From assembly GCA_947259115.1 (NCBI GenBank), contig CAMYKS010000006.1, positions 88,079-152,078 of the forward strand: a stretch of DNA of 64,000 bases, in the 5' to 3' direction. A program made the position numbers and the translations under genes. This document shows, piece after piece, positions 38,580 to 48,113 of this stretch (position 1 is its first letter; each line of letters begins with the position of its first letter). The DNA is from an uncultured Desulfobulbaceae bacterium. Its GTDB lineage: Bacteria > Desulfobacterota > Desulfobulbia > Desulfobulbales > BM004. The notes under the pieces are model-generated. The model made no database searches. It was given only the letters and a program-made list of their open reading frames with translations, and was not told the origin of the DNA.

Positions 38580-39884
38580 ATGCTACTTTCCCATTACCTG
38601 AAAGTTTTTTCGTATCCTGCCGAACCGGGACATCTGCTTCTTTATTCTTTAAAAAACTCGGCCATGGTTTTATTGCCTGAGGAGGTGTATCGGCTTCTGC
38701 AGCAGGGTGAAATTCCGGATGAGTACTTAGGCACCCTGACTGAACTCGGCATTTTGGTGTCTGATCTGGTAGAGGAGCGCCAGGAGGTTCGGTCCATGCT
38801 GGCAGAGGTCAACCGGCTTGATCCAGGTTTGAATGTCTCAATTATTCTTGGTCTGGCCTGCAATTTTTCATGCGTCTACTGTTACGAGGGGTCATTAAAG
38901 GCCAACAGGGCCATGGCAGATGCGACCGTCGAGCAGCTAATTGTCTTTCTCAAAGAGCGCTACACAGCTCACACCAAACAGAATCTCACTCTCGATTTCT
39001 ATGGTGGCGAACCCTTGCTGTATACCAGGAGGATAAAAGATATTGCCGGTCCATTGAAGAATTTTGTTGAACAACAGGGTGGCAAATTCAATTTCTCAAT
39101 TGTGACAAATGGTTCTCTACTCACCCCTGAGACAGTCAAAGAATTGTTGCCGTTTGGTCTTTATGGTGTCAAGGTCACGGTGGATGGGCCACCAGACGAG
39201 CATAACCGGCTAAGACCATTTAAATCAGGACAACCGAGCTTTGATATCATTCTTGCCAATATAAGAGACTGCTGCGATTTAGTTAAAATCGCTTTCGGCG
39301 GCAACTTTACGAAGGAAAACTATGAAAGGATGCCGGAATTGTTGGATAGTATATCGGATCTCGGACTCAGTCCGGAAAAACTGAATGATGTCCAGTTTCA
39401 TCCGGTCATACAGACAACTGATCAATACACCAACCCGGAATTTACCGCCGGCTGTGTCTCAGTTAACGAGCTTTGGGTGGCGGATGCCTCTCTCATGATA
39501 CGGGAGGATGTGTTGCGGCGTGGTTATCGTACCCCAAAGCTGATCCCTTCACCCTGTATGATAGATATGAACGATGCCTTTGTCATCAATTTTGACGGAA
39601 GACTCTACAAATGCGTAGCCCTGATCGGCCATAGCAAGTATGCAGTGGGTGATGTATGGAAAGGATTCACCAGCTATAGGAAAACGTATCATTTAGACCA
39701 CTGGCAGCACCATAAAGAATGCCTTGATTGCGAATACCTGCCGCTATGTTTCGGTGGCTGCCGCTATGCGGAATTACAGCGCTCGGGCTCAATGAAAAAC
39801 GTGGACTGCATGCGGGGATACTGGGACGGCGTCCTGGAGAAAATAGTTCTGCAAGACGCATGTTTTCAGGAAAACACCAGGTGA
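38580..39884 (+). CDS. Radical SAM/SPASM peptide maturase (geopeptide maturase-like); ORF extends to 38544
   Basis: N-terminal extension that may be an RRE; CNFSCVYC; FYGGEPLL; SPASM C...YKC...CLDCEYLPLCFGGC...C. Confidence 0.9.
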   Translation: MLLSHYLKVFSYPAEPGHLLLYSLKNSAMVLLPEEVYRLLQQGEIPDEYLGTLTELGILVSDLVEERQEVRSMLAEVNRLDPGLNVSIILGLACNFSCVYCYEGSLKANRAMADATVEQLIVFLKERYTAHTKQNLTLDFYGGEPLLYTRRIKDIAGPLKNFVEQQGGKFNFSIVTNGSLLTPETVKELLPFGLYGVKVTVDGPPDEHNRLRPFKSGQPSFDIILANIRDCCDLVKIAFGGNFTKENYERMPELLDSISDLGLSPEKLNDVQFHPVIQTTDQYTNPEFTAGCVSVNELWVADASLMIREDVLRRGYRTPKLIPSPCMIDMNDAFVINFDGRLYKCVALIGHSKYAVGDVWKGFTSYRKTYHLDHWQHHKECLDCEYLPLCFGGCRYAELQRSGSMKNVDCMRGYWDGVLEKIVLQDACFQENTR

Positions 39885-40184
39885 ATTACTGATATATTGA
39901 GAATTTTGAAGTCGATTCGCTTTGGGGTGGGGTGAACGAAATTCTGTTATTTTTTCCCCTGTGCTATTTTTCTCATTAATAGCCAAAAGAAAAGGGGCAT
40001 TCCGTATAAATAATAATAAATCTTTTACCTATTTGATTCGGAATCCTTAAAAAAGTCCTGATTTAATATATAGATATTTTGACTCTGATAGAAGAGAAAT
40101 GCCCAAATGTCCAGCCTGACCTGACTTACTTTTTAAAAATAATAAAGACAATTGCTATAAAAAACAGGGCCGTCTCCGACCCTG

Positions 40185-40286
40185 CTTTAGCTTATTTGCA
40201 CAAATTTTTTTAAAAGCTGTTTTTTTGTGCTTGTCACGGGAGGACGTAAAGGGGCTGCAGTAAATTCTACAGTATCCGGGATATTA
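40185..40286 (+). repeat. 100-bp direct repeat, right copy
   Basis: Near-identical to 27473-27572. Confidence 0.93.
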
Positions 40287-40419
40287 AATTTCAACGGGAG
40301 TCTTTTCTTCCCACAAATTATGATGCTCTAATATCTCGAAGTCTCGTATACTCGCTTATCTGCGGATGACATCAACCTCATTGATAAATGTGGTTGATGT
40401 CATCTGGATTAAAAAAACA

Positions 40420-43400
40420 TTACTTACACTTCTCAGGAGCAGGTACGTTCGGGCACGTGGGGCGATAGGGTTCATCGCCTATATAATCCTGCCACTCCCT
40501 GCACGTCATATTGACTGTCAGGCGTGCGCAGGCAGAGGCAATGCGGTCGTCATCCTTCCATTTCCAGATACGTGCTGTTCTCAAAGACCTGGCAACAAGG
40601 TGTGTACCGTCAGGAGTAAAATCTACAGATGAGACAAATGAGGGAGCTTTCACACGGAACACCTCCTTGCCGGAGGATATTTCCCATACATGCACTGCCA
40701 GATCGTTGCTGGCAGTCGCCAGGTTCATTTCATTCTCACTGAAGGCAGTGGCAATGACGTAATCATCGTGGGAAAGACTTTTAACTATGCTGTTATCTAC
40801 CACATCCAGGACGATAACTTCTCTCCCTGCCACAGCAGCAAGATGTCTCCCCGACGGGCTCAAACTGATGGCACTTATCTCACTGCTGAGAGGAAGAGCT
40901 GCCACTTCTTTTCCTGTAGCCGTTTTCCATACATGGGCCCCTTTTTCAGTGACAGTGGCAAAAAGATGTCCATCGCCGGACATGGTAATGTTCACAAGTA
41001 TATCATTATGTACAATCGGCGCTATTTCTCTCCCCGTTTGCGTATCCATTATTGCCTGCCTTTCGCCCAGAGACAGGATGTACTGACTGTCAGGAGTAAA
41101 GAATGCCATGCTCCGCTCAAGGCTCCACGAATTCTTTTGCCCTCCCAGGGCTGTGATATGTAAAACTCTTGGCAGGAGATCATATTCATATGCCTGGTCG
41201 ACCATGAGAAACCGGCTGTTGCGACTGAAGGCGAGACTGACCTTCGGCATTCCCCATTCCCCCAACCTTTCACCTTCGGTAAGGTCTTCAAAATTCGTTA
41301 ATTGCAATCGCGTGATTTCTTTTCCACTTTCATGCTCGCGTACCAGGACAGACTCCATATCTGCCAGTGCCAGCAATGTATCGTCCATGGAGAGCCGGGC
41401 ATCCATTATTATTTTGTGATGGTTAACTGTTGAAACAGGCTTATCTCCTCCGGTATTCCAGATGGAAAGGGTCTTGTCAGTCGTCGTGATCAGTTTGCGT
41501 CCATTTTCTCTCAATGCAAAATGTTGTACCTGACTATCATGGCTGAAACGTCCTAACTCCTTTCCCGTGCTCAGGTTTAGCACACTGACTATAGAAGGCC
41601 CTTTGGCAACTGCTATAACGCTGCCATTCCCGTTGAAGGCCAGATCATACTGAAAGTCCCTGTCGCTTTCGCGGAAGCTCTCCGGTCCGGATATTTCAGA
41701 CACGACGACAGTATCATCTCCCCCAGTTGTTGCAAGAGAGTCTCCACCGGGACTGAAAGCAATGGCGAATATTGCGCCCTTATGGGTCTGCCTCTGAATT
41801 TCCCTGCCAGTATCAAGATCCCACACCCGGGCCGTATCTCTATATACTGAATCTACTATAGCCAGATAGTTTACCGCAGGAGCATATTCTGCAATACTGA
41901 TATTGTTTTCAATTGTAAACTGCCTTACTTCCTGAAATGGCTGGATCCGGTATATACGTGCCCGGTTACCTGTGGCAGTGACCAGATAGCGGCTGTCCCG
42001 GCTGAACGATACGATCGATCCACTTCGCTTTATATCTACTTTCCACAGTTCTTCTCCCGTCGTTACCCTGAGCATCCTGAGCTCTGCGCTGTTCATATCG
42101 GCAAGATACTGACCGTCCGGACTGAGAGGATAGGGATCTAACCCGTCCCAGAAGGTGACCTTCATTCTTCTCTCTTCTGCCCCGGTGTCAGCTTCCCTTA
42201 TCCTCACTGTCCCATCACCATGTGCGGTAACAAGGTGTTTCCCGTCAGTTGTAAAGCGGGCTTCAAGGGTAACGGTGCCGAGATCATGTCCGATCCTGAT
42301 TTCCCGCTCCCGGGAGGTCAGACTCCAGACATCAACTGCCGCTCCATAGGTAAAAGCAGCGGATTTCGAGCCCGGGCTAAAAGCTACAGAGTTAACGTCA
42401 CCGACTTTCTGTCCCATGAATTCCTCCGCACGTGCAAGATCCCATATCTTCCATCCCGCATCACTTCCCGATGCAAGATATGTCCCGTTATCACTGAAGC
42501 CGAGACTCCGTCCGGTACCACGAAGTATGAGGGGTCTGATTGTGACGGGCAGTAAATCAGTTCCGTTATGCAGGGCGTGAACCGCCTCAAGAGAAGGGGC
42601 ACGATGCATGGATTCAATGGCAAGGAGCACACTGCGCTGAAGAAGATTGGGCTGTTGTCTTCTCATCAGTTCAGACTGAGATGAAAGCTGGCGAGAGAGT
42701 GCCAGTGTGCGTCGCTTTTCGGCAACCATACGTTGCTGCCTCTCTCCCTCTCTGGCTTCAATTGCCTGTCTGCGCGACAGGAGAGCAAACATGAGTGCGG
42801 CAGAGAGGGCTATTATGATGCCGCTGACAATCCCAATAGTTATGTTTCGCCTGTGGGCATTCCTCTTCTTATCCCGTTGTTCAATGTCACTGCGACTGAG
42901 GTCATAAATATTGGCCAGGATCGTATACCACGGGCCATAGAATACGCCCTTGTTTACCTTATCCCTGTGTAGATCAAAACCGGCAAAGCTGGCAGCAAGG
43001 GGCATATCCATAACTTCTGTTAATGCTTCGGGGAATGCCTTTACCTCTTCCTGATCAGGCTGTGCCTCGTTGTTCGGAATGCCTGAAAGCATAACAGGGA
43101 TGATGTTGCTGGAGCCCCGCATCTTCGCAAATCGACGTACTTCATCATTTACGTATTCGCTTTTGCGGGCATGGGGGGAGCAGATGACTATCAGTTTTGC
43201 AGAGTCTTTCAGGTAATTCTCCAGAGACTGGTGGTATTCAACGCCGGTGAAGTCTGCTTCATCCCTGAAGACAGCGAGATTTCGCTGCGGCACATTCAGG
43301 CCTTTGGGAGGCTTATAGTTCTTGAGTGCCTTTTCAAGGGTACCGGCAAACTCCTGGTCCTTACGAGAATAGCTAATAAATACGTCGTTGCCATGGCCTG

Positions 43401-43422
43401 ACTCTTGAATATCAGGGATCAT
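40420..43422 (-). CDS. TIR-domain protein with one hydrophobic segment and WD40 beta-propeller repeats
   Basis: DVFISYSRKD...FRD...LIVICSP..RKSEYVNDEV TIR motifs; hydrophobic segment near aa 195-215; many FSPDG/RVWD-like repeats. Confidence 0.88.
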   Translation of the reverse strand: MIPDIQESGHGNDVFISYSRKDQEFAGTLEKALKNYKPPKGLNVPQRNLAVFRDEADFTGVEYHQSLENYLKDSAKLIVICSPHARKSEYVNDEVRRFAKMRGSSNIIPVMLSGIPNNEAQPDQEEVKAFPEALTEVMDMPLAASFAGFDLHRDKVNKGVFYGPWYTILANIYDLSRSDIEQRDKKRNAHRRNITIGIVSGIIIALSAALMFALLSRRQAIEAREGERQQRMVAEKRRTLALSRQLSSQSELMRRQQPNLLQRSVLLAIESMHRAPSLEAVHALHNGTDLLPVTIRPLILRGTGRSLGFSDNGTYLASGSDAGWKIWDLARAEEFMGQKVGDVNSVAFSPGSKSAAFTYGAAVDVWSLTSREREIRIGHDLGTVTLEARFTTDGKHLVTAHGDGTVRIREADTGAEERRMKVTFWDGLDPYPLSPDGQYLADMNSAELRMLRVTTGEELWKVDIKRSGSIVSFSRDSRYLVTATGNRARIYRIQPFQEVRQFTIENNISIAEYAPAVNYLAIVDSVYRDTARVWDLDTGREIQRQTHKGAIFAIAFSPGGDSLATTGGDDTVVVSEISGPESFRESDRDFQYDLAFNGNGSVIAVAKGPSIVSVLNLSTGKELGRFSHDSQVQHFALRENGRKLITTTDKTLSIWNTGGDKPVSTVNHHKIIMDARLSMDDTLLALADMESVLVREHESGKEITRLQLTNFEDLTEGERLGEWGMPKVSLAFSRNSRFLMVDQAYEYDLLPRVLHITALGGQKNSWSLERSMAFFTPDSQYILSLGERQAIMDTQTGREIAPIVHNDILVNITMSGDGHLFATVTEKGAHVWKTATGKEVAALPLSSEISAISLSPSGRHLAAVAGREVIVLDVVDNSIVKSLSHDDYVIATAFSENEMNLATASNDLAVHVWEISSGKEVFRVKAPSFVSSVDFTPDGTHLVARSLRTARIWKWKDDDRIASACARLTVNMTCREWQDYIGDEPYRPTCPNVPAPEKCK

Positions 43423-43477
43423 TAAGAAATCTGTTTTAAGGTTTTTGTGTTAAACAGACCTGAGATCAGTACTAACG

Positions 43478-43765
43478 TTACTGTTTATCTCTGTCTACCT
43501 CGTTTTCTTTTGCCACTTCATTTATATCCGCATCAAGATCATGTTTCATTCTTTCTTCAACATTGGCGCCAAACAGAGGGTAGGCGTCAGATAGACTGGC
43601 ATAACTATGATAGGAACCGCTCTGCTGGAAAAACTGCCATCCTTCCATTTTCATGGGTTCAACGCTGCTCCGGTAGTGACACCACCTTTCACCGTAATGA
43701 AAAAACTCCTCCACGGCAACACTTATGGCGACCACCAAACTGATGGCAGCAGTTGTTCACTAAAT
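43478..43765 (-). pseudogene. 5'-truncated DUF4231/SLATT-like gene remnant
   Basis: SLVVAISVAVEEFFHYGERW.HYR...E.MK.EGWQFFQ.SG.Y resembles DUF4231 C-terminal halves; in-frame stops immediately upstream. Confidence 0.55.
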
Positions 43766-44079
43766 AGTATCGATGTAAAGGGGGTCATCAAGTCTTTTTC
43801 CTTGACACTTGGCGTTCTGAGCAAAATTCAAAAAGATATTAATAAACTTCCTTTGCAAAACACGTAAATTGATTGCGTATAGGTTGCAGAACAAGGCAAA
43901 AAAACACGCAAATTTTGACAACCAGAGTTTAGTAATTTCAGGAGGTTAGATGCTGCTTTTTTGTGTGTGTGGTCAATAAATAAACTGGAGTCATATTACA
44001 GCGTTATTTTTTTCTTCAGTTAGGTGGGTATCAAGGATAAAGTTTTGGCCCCATGGAAATTTGCCATGGATTTCGAGAA

Positions 44080-44850
44080 TCAACTTTCTATGTCGGACAG
44101 CAGCGTCTTTTGTACAGGTACACATAATCCATGGGGCTGTTGCACTAGAACATTTTGCTCCAATCCAAATATGGTTCTCAGGTTCACCACTTTATTGGGC
44201 GGTTGATTGGCGATCCCGTAGCACTTGAGATGGGGGAACACAGCTTCTGTACGGCGCAGTTTCTCCCGTTGTTGTTCCGGAGTTCCTTGCGGATCTTTGA
44301 TCGACGGAGCACACAAGGCCAGTGGCGGATTGACCACTACGTTTTGTTCGAGAGGAAACTGGTTGGTCCTCAAGGTCACTGGCGCGTGGTCGGGCTTCTC
44401 CCCTGAAATCATGTAGCAGGTATAGTACGGGCTGCGAGGTAGGCTATGTGTTGGATTGTTGGGAACGACCGCCTTGTTCGCAGGTGCGCAAACTGAGATT
44501 GCAGGACCGACATCGTGTACTTCCTCGCCGAACTGTTCGCTTTTCAGGCTAACTGCTGCATTCACCGGGCCTCCAGAAATCGAGTAGCACTTGAGGTACG
44601 TCGAATCGAGGGTGCCATGAGTATTTTTGATCACAGGGGCACACAGTGATAAAGGTGCACCGAGATTGGCTTGCTCACGGGTGAACTGGCTTTTAAAATC
44701 GACATTTACAGGAGGGGTAGGATTGACACCTCGGATCGAATAGCACTTATGATGGAGATCCGAAAGTAATGATGGAGTTGTTTTAGGGGCACAGGCTGCC
44801 AAACCTGCAAGGGCAACGATCATTATGAGGCATCCATATGTAGGTTTCAT
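44080..44850 (-). CDS. Lipoprotein with Cys-containing internal repeats
   Basis: Lipobox LAAC; four repeats of CYxI...QF...PxxLCxP; GGAGG RBS. Confidence 0.8.
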   Translation of the reverse strand: MKPTYGCLIMIVALAGLAACAPKTTPSLLSDLHHKCYSIRGVNPTPPVNVDFKSQFTREQANLGAPLSLCAPVIKNTHGTLDSTYLKCYSISGGPVNAAVSLKSEQFGEEVHDVGPAISVCAPANKAVVPNNPTHSLPRSPYYTCYMISGEKPDHAPVTLRTNQFPLEQNVVVNPPLALCAPSIKDPQGTPEQQREKLRRTEAVFPHLKCYGIANQPPNKVVNLRTIFGLEQNVLVQQPHGLCVPVQKTLLSDIES

Positions 44851-45031
44851 TCTCTTTCCTCCATAATAATGATGGTTTCAGCATGCATGTATGAGATCCT
44901 GAATGCTTAGGGGTGACTCTATCTCTCATGCCACTTTTTGTAACAATTTGGCCACAGGCCAAAGGATATAATTGCATATAACCGTAACTTAGAAAAAAGT
45001 CCAGAGCCGGGTTGGAGGTAAAGTGTTTGAA

Positions 45032-45199
45032 AAATTCAGGGGACATACTTAATTATTGCTAATGCCGAGTAGGATTTTACTTTGTGAGTATGGCACGCAT
45101 AGCACAAGTAGTATAGCCCCCGGCATACCCAACCATATAATACAACGCGGGAACCGAAGGATGGATACCTTCTTAAATGGAACCGATTACCGTGAATAG
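45032..45199 (+). pseudogene. Remnant of a REP-associated (Y1/RAYT-type) transposase 5' end
   Basis: From 45090: MARIAQVV, stop/frameshift, then PGIPNHIIQRGNRRMDTF...DYRE*; upstream AATTCAGGGGACATACTTAATT end-like motif. Confidence 0.65.
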
Positions 45200-45421
45200 A
45201 GGAGAAAGAGATAATTCGAAGTCATAGGAAAACAGGGGCAGGCATGCGTTAATGCGTTATTTATTCATTTGCTGGTTTAACAAACCGTCCAAAGTGAAGA
45301 TACATAAACACTATATTGACTTAATCCCTGCCATAAAAAAGATAATAAGCCCCGTTAATCACATATCCATCAGGCATATTAACCTGACGGAAAAGAGGGT
45401 GAAACCGTTTCTGCCAGCGTT

Positions 45422-46246
45422 TTACTTCTGGCACTTTGGGCAGAAAAAAGTGGAACGGCCGGCCATGGTCTTTTTTGCAATGGGTGTTGCACAGCAACTG
45501 CAAGGCAGGCCCTGTTTCCCATATGCCTGCAGCTCAAGTTGAAAATAGCCGCTCTTGCCGCTCTCGTTGACAAAGTCGCTGATGGTCGTGCCCCCGCTTT
45601 TTATGGCTTTTTCAAGCACATGCCTACTGCTTTTCACGATTTTGTTCCACTGCTTCAGGGTGAGCCTGCCAACCATTTTGTCAGGTTTTAAGCCTGCATG
45701 GAACAGGATCTCGCAGGCATAGATGTTGCCGATGCCGGCAATCACCCGGCTGTCCATGAGGAAGTTTTTGAGGGGCCGGTTTTTGCCTGCGGCACGCTCC
45801 TGCAGGTAGTCGGGGGTATAGTCCCGGCTGAGGGGTTCCGGTCCGATGTTTGACAGCATTGTATTGCTGAAATCATGGCCTGGAGGAAGGACCTGGACAA
45901 AGCCGAACCTCCTGATATCATTGAATCGAAGTTGCGTTTCATTATCAAGCCCCAGGCGAAGGTGGTCATGTTTTGCCCTGGGGGCGCCTGCCGGAAAAAT
46001 GCCCAGCCTGCCGGTCATGCCCAGGTGGATAATGAGGTATGCCCCATTGTCCATAATGATGAGCAGAAATTTGGCGCGCCTGTCAACTGCTTTAACCCGC
46101 GCTCCCTGGATATATTTCTGCAGGTCCCTGCGGGGCATGGGCAGACGCAGTTTTTTATTGCCGGTCGCAATGTCAAGCACTTTGCGCCCGGGCAAATGGC
46201 GCTGCAGGCCGCGCCGTATAACCTCTACTTCAGGAAGTTCTGGCAT
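45422..46246 (-). CDS. mutM: Formamidopyrimidine-DNA glycosylase
   Basis: MPELPEVE, HLGMTG, GIGNIYACE and the C-terminal zinc finger CPKCQ. Confidence 0.97.
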   Translation of the reverse strand: MPELPEVEVIRRGLQRHLPGRKVLDIATGNKKLRLPMPRRDLQKYIQGARVKAVDRRAKFLLIIMDNGAYLIIHLGMTGRLGIFPAGAPRAKHDHLRLGLDNETQLRFNDIRRFGFVQVLPPGHDFSNTMLSNIGPEPLSRDYTPDYLQERAAGKNRPLKNFLMDSRVIAGIGNIYACEILFHAGLKPDKMVGRLTLKQWNKIVKSSRHVLEKAIKSGGTTISDFVNESGKSGYFQLELQAYGKQGLPCSCCATPIAKKTMAGRSTFFCPKCQK

Positions 46247-46301
46247 AATTAATGTTAAGTTATCTTATAAAAATAAGAAGCTTAGTTTTGCTTAATAATC
46301 T

Positions 46302-46408
46302 TAAAAACGCTGAGACAGATGCAGATTCAAGGAGCAGGGAATTCGGCTATATAATAAATATGCCGTATTCCATGCGACGCTGAAGATGCGTCTGTCTCAG
46401 CGTTTTTA
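46302..46408. repeat. 107-bp palindromic MITE/REP-like element overlapping the Crp gene stop codon
   Basis: Terminal inverted repeats TAAAAACGCTGAGACAGATGCA / TGCGTCTGTCTCAGCGTTTTTA. Confidence 0.75.
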
Positions 46409-47089
46409 GAGTTTGGTCTCGCCTTCTGCAAGGTCTTCAAGCCCCGTTCTGTCAAGAATGGCAATCTGCGGGCCGTTTATCCTGATAAGCTCTTTACTCC
46501 CCATCTTGGTAAATATCCTTGAAAGTGTCTCAGGAATAGTGCCCAGAAAACTTGCCAGCTGCGACTTGGCAATATCGAGTTCAAATTCGTCTATGGAGCC
46601 GTTTTTATCACTCAGGTAAAGAAGGTAGGAGGCCAGCCTGCCGGGTACTTCCTTGAGCGACAGGGCTTCAATCAAATTGGAAAACTGCTTCAAGCGCTGT
46701 GAGAGCGAGGCCAGCATGTTCATGGCAAGTGAGGGATTTGCGTGAATCAGATCCACAAAACCTTTCTTAGGAAAAAAAAAGAGCCTACAGCGCTCCAGGG
46801 CTTCGGCATTGGCCGGGTAACAGGAGCCTTCAAAAACAGGGACCTCGGCAAAGGGGTGTCCCGGGCCGAAAATATGCATGATCTGTTCCTTGCCATCCGG
46901 GGACACCTTAAACACCTTGACCCGGCCGCTGATCACAATATAAAAGCCGATACCGTCATCACCGTCAGAAAAAATCAGTTCGCCTTTTTTATACTCTTTG
47001 TCGGAAACAATTCGGGCTATTTCATCAAGCTCCTGGAGTGATAAACCGTTAAAAAGGTCTACCTGGGATAAATGCTTCCTGATTTCCAT
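46406..47089 (-). CDS. Crp/Fnr family transcriptional regulator (HcpR-like)
   Basis: cNMP-binding GRVKVFKVSPDGKEQI; HTH LASFLGTIPETLSR. Confidence 0.92.
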   Translation of the reverse strand: MEIRKHLSQVDLFNGLSLQELDEIARIVSDKEYKKGELIFSDGDDGIGFYIVISGRVKVFKVSPDGKEQIMHIFGPGHPFAEVPVFEGSCYPANAEALERCRLFFFPKKGFVDLIHANPSLAMNMLASLSQRLKQFSNLIEALSLKEVPGRLASYLLYLSDKNGSIDEFELDIAKSQLASFLGTIPETLSRIFTKMGSKELIRINGPQIAILDRTGLEDLAEGETKL

Positions 47090-47127
47090 ACCGTATAGAG
47101 GTCCTTGGTGTGTTCATCAAAAGGGGT

Positions 47128-47928
47128 TCAGGCCACAGTATCATTCCTAGCTGTAAGTGCCAAGGCATAATCCGCAATAAGGTCTACAGCGACGCTGCTT
47201 TTTTCAGTGCATGGCTTGCCATGCAAGCCGTTATGTCTCCATGTGAAAACAAATTTCAAGATAGCAGAGCCCTTACCTGCAGAGCCTGCAATAATTTCTC
47301 TCAGTTCAAGTTCCATGAAGCCGGGCAGGGGAATTGAATCGGCAACCTTGCGCAGTGCCTCTTTTGCAGCCCACAGTTTGGTAAGAACAGGGGTGGATTG
47401 GGCATATGTTACGCTGAAAAATGAGCCTAAAATCCGCTCATCCCCAGGGGTGCAGAAACGTTCGCGCACCCTGTCAACCCGCTCCGTAACCTGCTGGATG
47501 TCTATGCCGCAAAGCCCCTTGCTGACAGCCATGGCTGCTGCCAGGCCCCCACTGTGGGAGATGGAGATATCAGGCAGGGCAACGACTTTTTTCTCGGCAG
47601 CAAGAAACGGTCTGCCTTTCTCGTCAGGGATAACGGCCAGGTTGGACCAGTCCAGAGGATTATTACTTTGCAGAAGCACGCGGGCTGCAGCATATTTGGC
47701 AGCAAAACGACCACCAAGCCATTCCTTTTTGCGCTTGTCTGAGGCAAACCTGCCTAAATATTCATGCTCGCGGCGGCAGAGGTAGTTTGCCGCAGCTGTA
47801 GCTTCTCCGAGCTTCCCGAGATCCAGAAGGATGTATGCCATATCATGCTGGTATTGCAAAGACTCCCGAGCCTGGGAAGAGGAAAAACGCTCATTTGCAA
47901 CTATGCAGTTTTCAAAGGGGAAATCCAT
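47128..47928 (-). CDS. 4'-phosphopantetheinyl transferase superfamily protein
   Basis: EWLGGRFAAK, GRP, ISISHS, GIDIQ and LWAAKEA motifs. Confidence 0.88.
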   Translation of the reverse strand: MDFPFENCIVANERFSSSQARESLQYQHDMAYILLDLGKLGEATAAANYLCRREHEYLGRFASDKRKKEWLGGRFAAKYAAARVLLQSNNPLDWSNLAVIPDEKGRPFLAAEKKVVALPDISISHSGGLAAAMAVSKGLCGIDIQQVTERVDRVRERFCTPGDERILGSFFSVTYAQSTPVLTKLWAAKEALRKVADSIPLPGFMELELREIIAGSAGKGSAILKFVFTWRHNGLHGKPCTEKSSVAVDLIADYALALTARNDTVA

Positions 47929-48113
47929 GGGTATAGTGCTTTCGTTTATCCAGCGCTGTGAATATTAAAAAGTGATTCAGGATTGTAAACCCTGAGAAAT
48001 TCCTTGCTATTTGTTTTGAAAAAAGCTCTTTTAAAATAAATGCTTGTACTCTGTTTGTAACTGTTAATCATATGTTTGTAACGTATTTTCGTTGCTGATT
48101 CTGGAATAATTAT

